A DNA stretch of 35,762 nt from a bacterium. Its GTDB lineage: Bacteria; Sysuimicrobiota; Sysuimicrobiia; Sysuimicrobiales; Kaftiobacteriaceae. The notes beneath the pieces were generated by a model, which searched no databases, was not told where the DNA came from, and saw only the letters and a program-made list of their open reading frames with translations. Below, piece after piece: positions 9,561-17,692 of this stretch (positions are counted from its first letter, which is position 1; every line of letters starts with the position of its first letter). The stretch covers positions 1 through 35,762 of the forward strand of contig JBIOWP010000087.1 in NCBI GenBank assembly GCA_044868695.1. The letters are read 5' to 3'. A program made the position numbers and the translations under genes.

Positions 9561-10247
9561 CTACGGCTCGGGCGGTTCGCCTCCGCCGGCCGGTGCCTGC
9601 CCCAGGCCGTGCCGTGCCGCGATGAGGGCGGCTTCGGTGCGGTCATTGGCGTGGAGCTTGCCGAGAATCGTGCTGATGTGGTTGCGGACGGTCTTCTCCG
9701 ACAGCGTCAGCCGCTGCGCGATCTGGCGGTTGCGCAGGCCGCTGGCCAGCAGTTCGAGAACCTCGGTTTCCCTGCGGGTGAGCTGCGCGAACAGCGTGCG
9801 CTGCCCGCGGGCCATGGCGTCGATGCGGGTGAACTCGCGGACCACGCGCGCCACCAGCGCGGCGGAGAGGAAGCCCTCTCCGCCGCGGGCGGCGCGGATG
9901 GCGCCGGCGATCTGCTCTAGCGACGCATCTTTGAGCACGTACCCCAGGGCGCCGGCCTTGAGGGCCGCGAAGAGGTGGTCGTCGTCGTCGTAGGCGGTGA
10001 GGATGACCACCGCGGTGTGCGGCAGCTGCCCGCGGATCTCCCGCGTCAGCTCGATGCCGTTCATGCGCGGCATCTGCAGGTCGGTGAGCACCACATCGGG
10101 CCGGCGGCCCAGAGACTCGATGAGCGCGTCGCGGCCATCCCCGGCGGTCGCCACGATCTCCAGGTCGGACTCGCGCCCCAAGAGCTCCGCCAGCGTGCTC
10201 CGCAGGATCCCTTCGTCGTCTGCGATCAGGACGCGGATCTTGTCCAT
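9561..10247 (-). CDS. NarL/LuxR family response regulator
   Basis: Receiver domain (VLIADD, VLTDLQMP, GYVLK) plus LuxR HTH (LTRRETEVL...NRQIA...SEKTVRNH). Confidence 0.95.
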   Translation of the reverse strand: MDKIRVLIADDEGILRSTLAELLGRESDLEIVATAGDGRDALIESLGRRPDVVLTDLQMPRMNGIELTREIRGQLPHTAVVILTAYDDDDHLFAALKAGALGYVLKDASLEQIAGAIRAARGGEGFLSAALVARVVREFTRIDAMARGQRTLFAQLTRRETEVLELLASGLRNRQIAQRLTLSEKTVRNHISTILGKLHANDRTEAALIAARHGLGQAPAGGGEPPEP

Positions 10248-11353
10248 GCCGATTCTTGCGGCACTGGAAATGTCGCGCTGACCGTCGTGCCCTGGCCCGG
10301 GCGTGAGTGAATGTCGATCGTTCCGCCCGCCGCGGCCACGCGTTCCCGGAGGCCGGCCAGCCCGCCGCCGTCCACCAGCGCCGGATCGAAGCCGCTGCCG
10401 TCGTCTCGCACCGAGCAGCGGAGAGTCTGGTCACTGGTCTCCACGCGGACTTCGACGTGCCGTGCCTGCGCATGCCGGGCCACGTTCGTGAGGCACTCCT
10501 GGATGACACGCACGACCGCGTGCTCCGCGGCCGGGGTCAGCCGGGGGATCGTCGGGGCGGCGACGACGTCGAGATCAAACGGCCATCGCTCCGCCACCGC
10601 GACGATCTGGGTCCGCAGCGCCGTCGCCAGGTCGGCCTGAGGCACCGATCGGAGCCGCCGCACAAGGTAGCGGAGCTCATCCATCGCCCGCCGCGCGGTC
10701 TCCCGTTCTGCGGCCAGGATCTGCTCCGCGCGCTGTGGCGCTTCAGTCAGCAGGCGTGACGCCAGCTCCAGGCGCAGGCCCAGGGTGACGAGGAGGTGCT
10801 GCACGCCGTCGTGGATTTCCCGCGCCAGCTGCGCCTGGTACTCGGCCCGCTCCGCGGCCCGCTCGAAGAGGCTCACGGTCTTGATCACCCAGCCGTACAG
10901 CGAGGCCATCACGGCGATGATGGCGATCCGGAAGAGCGTCCGCACGCTCCATAGCTCGCCGGAGAGCTGAATCACCAGCAGGTACCCGGCCGCCGCCGCG
11001 CCAGTCAGGCCGAAGGTCTGGGCCGTGCCGAGCGTCGCGACGGCAGAGACCAGGGGGATGAAGTACAGCGCAAACAGCGCGTCGTTGGGATTGCGGACCA
11101 AGACCAGGCCCACGGTGATGAGAACGACGTCGACGAACGGCCACAGCGGGCGGAGTGCCGGCAGCCGGCCGGTCAGCGCCAGCCAGGTGCGGGCGATCAG
11201 GTAGAGGGCGCACAGAGCGGCGAGGAAGGTGAGCTCTCGCACTGCGGCCGGCGTGCTGCCGCCGCGCCACTGTGGGGCGAGGAACCAGAGGAGCGCCAGC
11301 GGCGCCAGGGCCCACAGGTGCGCCAGGACGATCAGGTTCAAGCGGCGCTGCAC
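10226..11353 (-). CDS. Membrane sensor histidine kinase (HisKA_3 / NarX-DesK type)
   Basis: AREIHDGVQH H-box, QECLTNVARHA N-box, DDGSGFD and GLAGLRERV; N-terminal TM domain. Confidence 0.93.
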   Translation of the reverse strand: MQRRLNLIVLAHLWALAPLALLWFLAPQWRGGSTPAAVRELTFLAALCALYLIARTWLALTGRLPALRPLWPFVDVVLITVGLVLVRNPNDALFALYFIPLVSAVATLGTAQTFGLTGAAAAGYLLVIQLSGELWSVRTLFRIAIIAVMASLYGWVIKTVSLFERAAERAEYQAQLAREIHDGVQHLLVTLGLRLELASRLLTEAPQRAEQILAAERETARRAMDELRYLVRRLRSVPQADLATALRTQIVAVAERWPFDLDVVAAPTIPRLTPAAEHAVVRVIQECLTNVARHAQARHVEVRVETSDQTLRCSVRDDGSGFDPALVDGGGLAGLRERVAAAGGTIDIHSRPGQGTTVSATFPVPQESAWTRSAS

Positions 11354-11427
11354 GTTACCGGAGTATCCGCCGCGCGCGCAGGTTTTCCTTCACGAGGGAC
11401 GTGTGCCTCTCCGGCGAATGGGAGCGC

Positions 11428-12408
11428 ATGGCGCTGCTGCTGCGTGAGTCGGATGTGCGCGCGCTGCTGCCGATGCACGACGCCATCGAGCTGATGGCCG
11501 GCGCCCTACGCGCCTTCTCGGCGGGGGACGTGGTGCAGCCGGTCCGGCAGGCCGTGCTGGTCGAGCCCCACGCCGGATATCTGGGGTTGATGCCGGCCTA
11601 CCTCAAGACGGCGGGAGCCGTCGGCGCCAAGGCAGTGACGTTCTACCCGCGGAACGCCGCGCACGACCTGCCGACGCACCAGGCGGTGGTGCTGCTCTGG
11701 GACGCCGCCACCGGGGAGCTCCTCGCGCTGCTGGACGGCCGGCTGATCACGGAAGTCCGCACGGCGGCGACGTCGGCCGCTGCCGCCCGGGTGCTGGCGC
11801 GTCCGGACGCCCACACGCTGGCGCTGCTCGGGGCCGGCGTTCAGGCGCGCAGCCACCTTGAAGCCATACGGTTGGTCAAATCGCTGCGCGCTGTCCGGGT
11901 CTGGTCCAGGACGGCGGCCGGTGCGCACAGGCTGGCCGCGGAGATGCAGTCCCGCGTCGGGCTGCCCATCGCCGTGTGCGCGACGGCGGAGGCGGCCGTC
12001 CGCGGCGCAGATCTCATCGTTACCGCAACGTCGTCGGCGACTCCCGTGCTCCGCGGCGAATGGATCGATGAGGGCGCGCACGTCACCGCGGTGGGCGCGC
12101 CGCGGCCCGACTGGCGCGAGCTCGACACGGAAGCGGTACGGCGGGCACGAATCTTTGTGGACTCCAGGGCCGGCGCGCTGGCAGAGTCGGGCGACGTGCT
12201 GCTGGCCATCAAAGAGAGGGCGATCGCTCCCGATCACATTCTCGCGGAAATCGGCGAGGTCCTGGCCGGCACGGTCCGCGGGCGGCAGACGGAGTCCGAC
12301 GTGACGCTGTTCAAGTCGCTGGGGATGGCCGTAGAAGACGTGGCGGCGGCGCACTTCGTGTATGCTCGGGCTCGGGAGAAAGGGATGGGCCAGGAGATTT
12401 CGTTCTAG
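11428..12408 (+). CDS. Ornithine cyclodeaminase / mu-crystallin family protein
   Basis: GLMPAYL, ITEVRTAATSA, LGAGVQA, VTAT and FKSLGMAVEDVAAA. Confidence 0.92.
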   Translation: MALLLRESDVRALLPMHDAIELMAGALRAFSAGDVVQPVRQAVLVEPHAGYLGLMPAYLKTAGAVGAKAVTFYPRNAAHDLPTHQAVVLLWDAATGELLALLDGRLITEVRTAATSAAAARVLARPDAHTLALLGAGVQARSHLEAIRLVKSLRAVRVWSRTAAGAHRLAAEMQSRVGLPIAVCATAEAAVRGADLIVTATSSATPVLRGEWIDEGAHVTAVGAPRPDWRELDTEAVRRARIFVDSRAGALAESGDVLLAIKERAIAPDHILAEIGEVLAGTVRGRQTESDVTLFKSLGMAVEDVAAAHFVYARAREKGMGQEISF

Positions 12409-12418
12409 GGAGGTGCGC

Positions 12419-13576
12419 ATGGCGGCCAGGCGGATCGTGATCCTGGGCGGCGGGTTCGGGGGCATCACGGCCGCCCTCGAGCTGCGCCGGATGCTGCCCG
12501 CCGAGCATCAGGTGACCCTGATCGACCGGGGCGGCACCTTCCTCATGGGGCTGCGAAAGTTGTGGATGCTCGTCGGCAGGGGGACGCGAGCTGAAGGTAC
12601 GCGTCCGCTGAGCGCGCTGCGCGCGAAGGACGTCGAGCTGCGCACGGCGGCGGTGACGGCGATCGATCTGCGGTCGCGCACGGTGCGCACCGGCGCCGAG
12701 CGCGTCTCGTTCGACTACTTGATCATCGCGCTCGGCGCGGACCCGAGGCCCGACTTGGTCCCCGGTTTTGGACCCGGCGCGTTCAACCTGTACGATCCCG
12801 ACGACGTCGAGCGGCTCGCGTCCCGCGTCCGCGGCTTTCGTGAAGGGCGCGTCCTCGTCGCCGTGCTGGGCGGTCCCTACAAGTGTCCGCCGGCGCCGTT
12901 CGAGGCGGCGCTGCTGCTGGACGATCTATTCCGCCGGCGCGGGCTGCGCGAGGGCATCGAGCTTCTGACGTCCACGCCGCAGCCGATGTCCCTGCCGGTG
13001 GTCGGCCCGGCCGGATGCGCCCAGGTGGAAGGATACCTCGCGGCCAGAGGGATCGCCTTTGCGGCGAATCGCAAGACTGTCCGGGTCGAGGGGAGCACCC
13101 TCGTCGCCGACGGAGGCACGACACAGGCCGATCTGCTGATCGGTGTGCCGCCGCACCGGCCTCCTGCGCCGGTCCGCGAGTGCGGTCTGGCGCTGCGCGG
13201 AGAGTGGATCTCCGTGGATCCGGTGACGCTGCGAACCACTGTGGACGGAGTCTTCGCGATCGGCGATGTGGTGGAGATCCCGCTGGCCAACGGCATGATG
13301 CTGCCCAAAGCCGGCGTGTTCGCGGAGGCACAGGCAAAGGTGGTGGCCGCACAGATCGCGGCGGAGGTCGCGGGGCAGAGCGTCCAGGCGGCGTTTGACG
13401 GTCACGGGTACTGCTTCATCGAGGTGGATGGTAAGTCGGCCGCCACGGTCGCGGGCAACTTCTTCGCCGCGGGCGCACCGGACGTCCGTGTGGTTCCTCC
13501 AAGCGCCGACGCGCACGAGCAGAAGGTGGAGTTCGAGGGCGCCCGGCTGCACGCGTGGTTTGCCCGGCCGGCCTGA
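12419..13576 (+). CDS. FAD-dependent oxidoreductase, sulfide:quinone oxidoreductase-like
   Basis: ILGGGFGG FAD motif, YKCPPAP and GYCFIE cysteines, VFAIGD and PKAG; GGGAGGT RBS. Confidence 0.85.
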   Translation: MAARRIVILGGGFGGITAALELRRMLPAEHQVTLIDRGGTFLMGLRKLWMLVGRGTRAEGTRPLSALRAKDVELRTAAVTAIDLRSRTVRTGAERVSFDYLIIALGADPRPDLVPGFGPGAFNLYDPDDVERLASRVRGFREGRVLVAVLGGPYKCPPAPFEAALLLDDLFRRRGLREGIELLTSTPQPMSLPVVGPAGCAQVEGYLAARGIAFAANRKTVRVEGSTLVADGGTTQADLLIGVPPHRPPAPVRECGLALRGEWISVDPVTLRTTVDGVFAIGDVVEIPLANGMMLPKAGVFAEAQAKVVAAQIAAEVAGQSVQAAFDGHGYCFIEVDGKSAATVAGNFFAAGAPDVRVVPPSADAHEQKVEFEGARLHAWFARPA

Positions 13577-13678
13577 CCACCCGCAAACCGCAAAATCTGG
13601 TGGTCGAGGTGCTGCGGTGGCCCCCCATGTGGGGGTCTTCGAATTTCTGCGAAAAACCTGGGGATTTGAGGTCTGAGA

Positions 13679-13705
13679 GGAGGAGTTGGGGGGTACGGGT
13701 GGAAT
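13679..13705 (+). promoter_or_regulatory. sigmaH-like promoter of the dcw operon
   Basis: GGAGGAGT-N12-GTGGAAT, identical in pattern to 28513-28539; fits the AGGA-N17-GAAT core of B. subtilis sigmaH promoters. Confidence 0.6.
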
Positions 13706-13735
13706 AGATGGGTCACAAAGTGGGAAACGGTGGGG
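13699..13735 (+). promoter_or_regulatory. MraZ-binding direct repeats (dcw box)
   Basis: GTGGA/ATGGG/GTGGG/GTGGG at 13699, 13708, 13720 and 13730 (about 10-bp period), directly before mraZ. Confidence 0.75.
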
Positions 13736-13738
13736 AGC

Positions 13739-14161
13739 TTGTTCAGAGGCGAGCACCATTATTCCCTGGACGAAAAGGGACGGATCGTGTTGCCACCGCC
13801 ATTCCGCGCCGCCCTGGGCGGCAGGGTCGTGGTCGCGCGCGGACTCGATGAGTGCGTCGCGGTGTACGCCCCAGCGGAGTGGGCGAAGAACGAGAAGAAG
13901 CTGCGGGGCCTCTCGGTCAGCCGGCGCGATTTCGTGCGGTTCGTGCTGGCCAGCGCGGAAGACATCGAAGTCGACCGGCAGGGCCGGATGATGATCCCGG
14001 CGCACCTCCGTGAGTACGCGAAGATCGAGCGGGAAGCCGTGGTCGTCGGCGTGGGCAGCCGGCTGGAGATCTGGGGCCTGGCGAACTGGCAGCGATATAT
14101 CGCGAGAGTGCAGACCGAGGCGCCGTCTATCGCGGCTGAGTTGAAGGACTTGAGCCTGTAA
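13739..14161 (+). CDS. mraZ: Division/cell wall cluster transcriptional repressor MraZ
   Basis: FRGE...LDEKGR and VDRQGR repeats, RGLDEC, GVGSRLEIW; TTG 13739 aligns with the usual MF start (alternative GTG 13730). Confidence 0.96.
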   Translation: MFRGEHHYSLDEKGRIVLPPPFRAALGGRVVVARGLDECVAVYAPAEWAKNEKKLRGLSVSRRDFVRFVLASAEDIEVDRQGRMMIPAHLREYAKIEREAVVVGVGSRLEIWGLANWQRYIARVQTEAPSIAAELKDLSL

Positions 14162-15105
14162 TCGAGCACGAACCAGTCCTGCGTGCGGAAACGTTGATGT
14201 GGCTGGCTCCCCGGCCCGGCGGGGTGTATGTGGATGCCACTGTCGGAGCAGGGGGGCACGCCGAGGCGATCGCGGAGCGGATCGGCCCCGGCGGACGACT
14301 GATCGGGATCGATTGGGACGACCAGGCACTGGAGCTGGCGTCCCGCCGGCTGGCGCGGTTTGGTGAGGCCGTCACGCTCATCCGCGAGAACTTCGCGGCG
14401 ATCAAGACGGTGCTCGCGTCCCTGGGCCTCGACCGTGTGGACGGCGTCGTGTTCGACCTCGGGGCCTCGACTATGCAGTTCGGCAGTCCCGAGCGCGGGT
14501 TCTCGTTCGCCGCGGCGGGACCGCTGGACATGCGGATGGACCGGCGGCAGCGGGTAACCGCGGCGGACCTGGTCAACGGGGCGCGCGAGCGAGATCTCGC
14601 CGATCTGATCTGGCGGTTCGGCGAGGAGCGGTGGTCGCGGCGGATCGCCCGGGCGATCGTCCAGGCGCGGCCGCTGCGGAGCACGGAGGAGCTGGCGGAC
14701 GTGATCCGCCGCGCGATCCCACGGCGGGCGTGGCCGCGGGCGATCGATCCGGCAACCAGGACGTTTCAGGCACTGCGGATTGCCGTCAACGACGAATTGA
14801 CGAACCTTGACAATGCGATACCAGATGCGGCGGAGGCACTCCGGGAGTCGGGTCGACTCTGCGCCATTACCTTCCACTCCCTGGAGGACCGAACCATCAA
14901 ACACACCTTCCTGCGCCTCTCCCGTGGGTGCACCTGTGCTCCCGGGTCCTCCGCCTGCAGATGTGGGGGGAAGCGGTGGCTGCGCGTTCTGACGAAAAAG
15001 CCGGTCACGCCGACCCCCGCGGAAGTGGCACGAAACCCGCGCGCGCGGAGTGCGAAGCTCCGGGTCGCCGAGCGGGTGGCAGACGAAACATCGTTAGTAC
15101 GTTGA
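14161..15105 (+). CDS. rsmH: 16S rRNA C1402 N4-methyltransferase RsmH (MraW)
   Basis: HEPVL, VDATVGAGGHA, RGFSF..GPLDMRMD, FQALRIAVNDEL, FHSLEDR and NPRARSAKLR. The start is placed at ATC 14161; the first canonical start is 14194. Confidence 0.96.
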   Translation: MEHEPVLRAETLMWLAPRPGGVYVDATVGAGGHAEAIAERIGPGGRLIGIDWDDQALELASRRLARFGEAVTLIRENFAAIKTVLASLGLDRVDGVVFDLGASTMQFGSPERGFSFAAAGPLDMRMDRRQRVTAADLVNGARERDLADLIWRFGEERWSRRIARAIVQARPLRSTEELADVIRRAIPRRAWPRAIDPATRTFQALRIAVNDELTNLDNAIPDAAEALRESGRLCAITFHSLEDRTIKHTFLRLSRGCTCAPGSSACRCGGKRWLRVLTKKPVTPTPAEVARNPRARSAKLRVAERVADETSLVR

Positions 15106-15185
15106 AACGTTGAAGCGACGAACCATAGAAAGTCGCCAGAAAAGGAGGTTCGCTTCCAACGTTCCAACGGTCCAACGTTTCAACC
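15091..15185. repeat. Inverted octamer tandem arrays, ACGTTGAA / TTCCAACG
   Basis: ACGTTGAA x2 plus degenerate units (15091-15122) and TTCCAACG-like x4 (15154-15185); 15101-15112 is the perfect reverse complement of 15173-15184. Confidence 0.8.
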
Positions 15186-15191
15186 GAATAG

Positions 15192-15308
15192 CGCGTTGGG
15201 GCTGGGACGCCGGGGTCGGCCTTCGAACCTTCACACACACCCCGAAGATCCCCTCCGCAGCATCCGAGCACCTCCGGCAACCGACGCCCGGTGTCCTGCC
15301 CCAGCACG
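15192..15308 (+). ncRNA. Putative structured intergenic RNA (long hairpin with C/A-rich loop)
   Basis: 15192-15219 pairs with 15281-15308 over about 26 bp, with G-U pairs and two single bulges. Confidence 0.45.
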
Positions 15309-15374
15309 AACAGACGTCAACACGTACGAGACGAGGGCGGCAGGTCATGATGAGTGCAACGTGGGAGTAGCGTG

Positions 15375-15839
15375 ATGCTGGCGCTGGCACCGCGATCACG
15401 AAGCTACCCGGTGCTGTTTCCGGATCGCCCGGCAGGAGAGGGCGACCCGGTGCGGCACCGCGCCCGCCGGCGACCGCTCTCGTCGATAGTCGGGATCGCC
15501 ATCATCGCGGTGTTGCCGGCCGTCATGCTGGTCTCGCAGCGCACCGAAGCGGCTCGCACGGGCTACGCCATCCTGGAGCTCCGCCGGCAGATCGGCGCGC
15601 TCCAGGCTGAGAATGCCCGGCTGGTCGCCCAGGCGACAACGCTGCGCGCGCCCGACCGTATTGAGCGTCTTGCCACGGCCGACCTCGGCATGGTGACGCC
15701 GCGGCCGCAGCAGGTGGCGGCGCTGCCGATCATGCCCCCCGCGGTCGCCGTGGCGGATGTACCGGCGCCCACCCTCATGGACCGTCTGGCGGCATGGTTC
15801 GTCCGCAGCGAGGCGGCCGCCGGCGAGCCGCCGCAGTGA
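15375..15839 (+). CDS. ftsL: Cell division protein FtsL
   Basis: One TM, then a coiled coil (GYAILELRRQIGALQAENARL) and PDRIERLA...LGM; lies between rsmH and the PBP gene. Confidence 0.85.
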   Translation: MLALAPRSRSYPVLFPDRPAGEGDPVRHRARRRPLSSIVGIAIIAVLPAVMLVSQRTEAARTGYAILELRRQIGALQAENARLVAQATTLRAPDRIERLATADLGMVTPRPQQVAALPIMPPAVAVADVPAPTLMDRLAAWFVRSEAAAGEPPQ

Positions 15840-17666
15840 GTGGGAGTGCGCCGGTCGCTGCGCGTCCCGCGCCCGCATCGTAACTCCATAAAGCGATCCT
15901 TCCGCAGGTCCTTTGCCCGCGCCGTCCGCCCCTCGATCCATCGCGCCAGGCTGCCGTCAGATCTCATCGCCGAACATCGGGTGCTCATCCGCCGCCGCGT
16001 CTCGATGATGACGGCCGTGATGCTGATCGCGCTGACCGGACTGGCGGCGCGGCTGGGCCAGCTCCAGGTCGTGGAGGGCGGACGGTTCCAGCAGCTGGCC
16101 CAGCGTCAGCAGCTGGAGACGATTGCCCTGGACCCCCGCCGCGGGCGGATTCTCGACCGCCGGGGCCGGCCGCTGGCCGTCAACATTGAGGCGCCGTCCA
16201 TCTATGCGGTCCCGAGCGCCATCCCCCGGCCTCGCGCGTTTGCGGCGCGGGTGGCCCCCGTGCTGGGTCAGCGGGTCTCGGACGTTGAGCAGCGCGTGCG
16301 CGCCGGGCGGCATTTCGCCTGGCTGGCCCGCAAAGCCAGTCCGGCACTGGCGGCGCGGATCCGCGCACTCGGGCTGGACGATCAGATCGGATTCATCACC
16401 GAAGACAAGCGCGCCTATCCCAACGGCACCCTGGCCGCGCAGCTGCTCGGGTTTGCCGGGATCGACAACCAGGGACTCGCCGGCGTCGAGCTCGCGTATG
16501 ACACAGTGCTGCGGGGCACCGCCGGCCGGGCCGTGGCCTCGCGGGACGGGTTGGGTCGGGTGATGGTCGAGACCCAGCAGGTCACGTCGTCCGCTGCGGA
16601 CGGTCAAGACGTCCTGCTGACGGTTGACCAAGTCATTCAGCACATCACCGAGCGTGAGCTCATCGCCGCGGTCGAGCGCAGCGGGGCAAAAGGCGGCTGG
16701 GCGCTGGTCATGGATCCTACCACCGGAGAGATTCTCGCCATGGCGTCGGTGCCGGCCTTTGACCCCAACACCGGGCCGCGGGCCAGCCCCTCCCGCTGGT
16801 TGAACCGGCCGGTGTCCGAGACGTATGAGCCGGGGTCGACGTTCAAGATTGTTCTGATGGCCGCGGCCGTGGATTCAGGCGCGGTGCAGACGAAGGAACT
16901 GTTCTACTGCTCGGGCTCGCTCCACGTCCCGGGCGGCCACACCATCCGCGATGCCAGCGAGCGCGCGCACGGGTGGCAGACGATGGCGGGTATTGTCCGG
17001 AATTCCTGCAACGTGGGGGCCGCGCAGGTCGGAACCCGGCTGGGCAAGGCGAGATTCTACCACTATATACGCGCGTTCGGGTTCGGCAAGCCGGTCGGGA
17101 TCGATCTGCCGGGCGAGTCGTCCGGCATCGTGCCGCCCCCAACCGCCTGGCTGGGGCCTGGCCTGCAGACGATCTCGTTCGGGCAAGGCGTCTCGGCAAC
17201 GGCCCTGCAGATGCTGACCGCCTCGACCGTCCTGGTCAACGACGGGACCATGCTCCGTCCTTACGTCGTCCGCGCGGTGCGCGACCGCGCGGGCCGGTTG
17301 GTGAACGTCGTCGGGCGTGTGCCGCTGCGCCGTGTCGTGCGTCCCGAGACCGCGCGCGACGTGCTGCAGATGATGGTCGGCGCGACCGAGCGCGGCACGG
17401 GGTCCCTCGCACGCATCGAGGGCTACGTGACGGCCGGCAAGACGGCGACGGCCCAGAAGCCCGCGGCCACCGGAGGCTACGACCCGTCCCGATACGTTGC
17501 GTCGTTTCTCGGGATCGTCCCGGTGCCCAACCCGCGGCTGGCCGCGCTGGTGGTACTGGACGAGCCCCGGGGCGCCTACTCCGGCGGTGAGGTGGCGGCG
17601 CCGGTCTTCCGGCAGATCGCCTCTCAGGTGCTCTGGTACCTGCGCGTGCCGCCTGCCGCGCACTGA
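15840..17666 (+). CDS. ftsI: Class B penicillin-binding protein (FtsI/SpoVD family transpeptidase)
   Basis: RGRILDR, RAYPNG, GLAGVE, EPGSTFK (SxxK), SCN (SxN) and KTATAQ; no PASTA domain; start uncertain. Confidence 0.92.
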   Translation: MGVRRSLRVPRPHRNSIKRSFRRSFARAVRPSIHRARLPSDLIAEHRVLIRRRVSMMTAVMLIALTGLAARLGQLQVVEGGRFQQLAQRQQLETIALDPRRGRILDRRGRPLAVNIEAPSIYAVPSAIPRPRAFAARVAPVLGQRVSDVEQRVRAGRHFAWLARKASPALAARIRALGLDDQIGFITEDKRAYPNGTLAAQLLGFAGIDNQGLAGVELAYDTVLRGTAGRAVASRDGLGRVMVETQQVTSSAADGQDVLLTVDQVIQHITERELIAAVERSGAKGGWALVMDPTTGEILAMASVPAFDPNTGPRASPSRWLNRPVSETYEPGSTFKIVLMAAAVDSGAVQTKELFYCSGSLHVPGGHTIRDASERAHGWQTMAGIVRNSCNVGAAQVGTRLGKARFYHYIRAFGFGKPVGIDLPGESSGIVPPPTAWLGPGLQTISFGQGVSATALQMLTASTVLVNDGTMLRPYVVRAVRDRAGRLVNVVGRVPLRRVVRPETARDVLQMMVGATERGTGSLARIEGYVTAGKTATAQKPAATGGYDPSRYVASFLGIVPVPNPRLAALVVLDEPRGAYSGGEVAAPVFRQIASQVLWYLRVPPAAH

Positions 17667-17669
17667 CCG

Positions 17670-17675
17670 TATAAT
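17670..17675 (+). promoter_or_regulatory. Possible internal sigma70 -10 element before murE
   Basis: Perfect TATAAT in the 26-bp ftsI-murE gap of a GC-rich sequence; weak -35. Confidence 0.4.
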
Positions 17676-17692
17676 GGCCTGGGGATCACCCG

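Noticed and set aside
13574..13640. Hairpins GACCACC/GGTGGTC and CCCCCA/TGGGGG after the SQR-like gene
   Set aside because: Short stems without a clear U tract; not enough to call a terminator or ncRNA
15110..15370. 86-aa ORF in the rsmH-ftsL gap
   Set aside because: TTG start without an RBS; it reads through repeats and a hairpin and has no protein-like features
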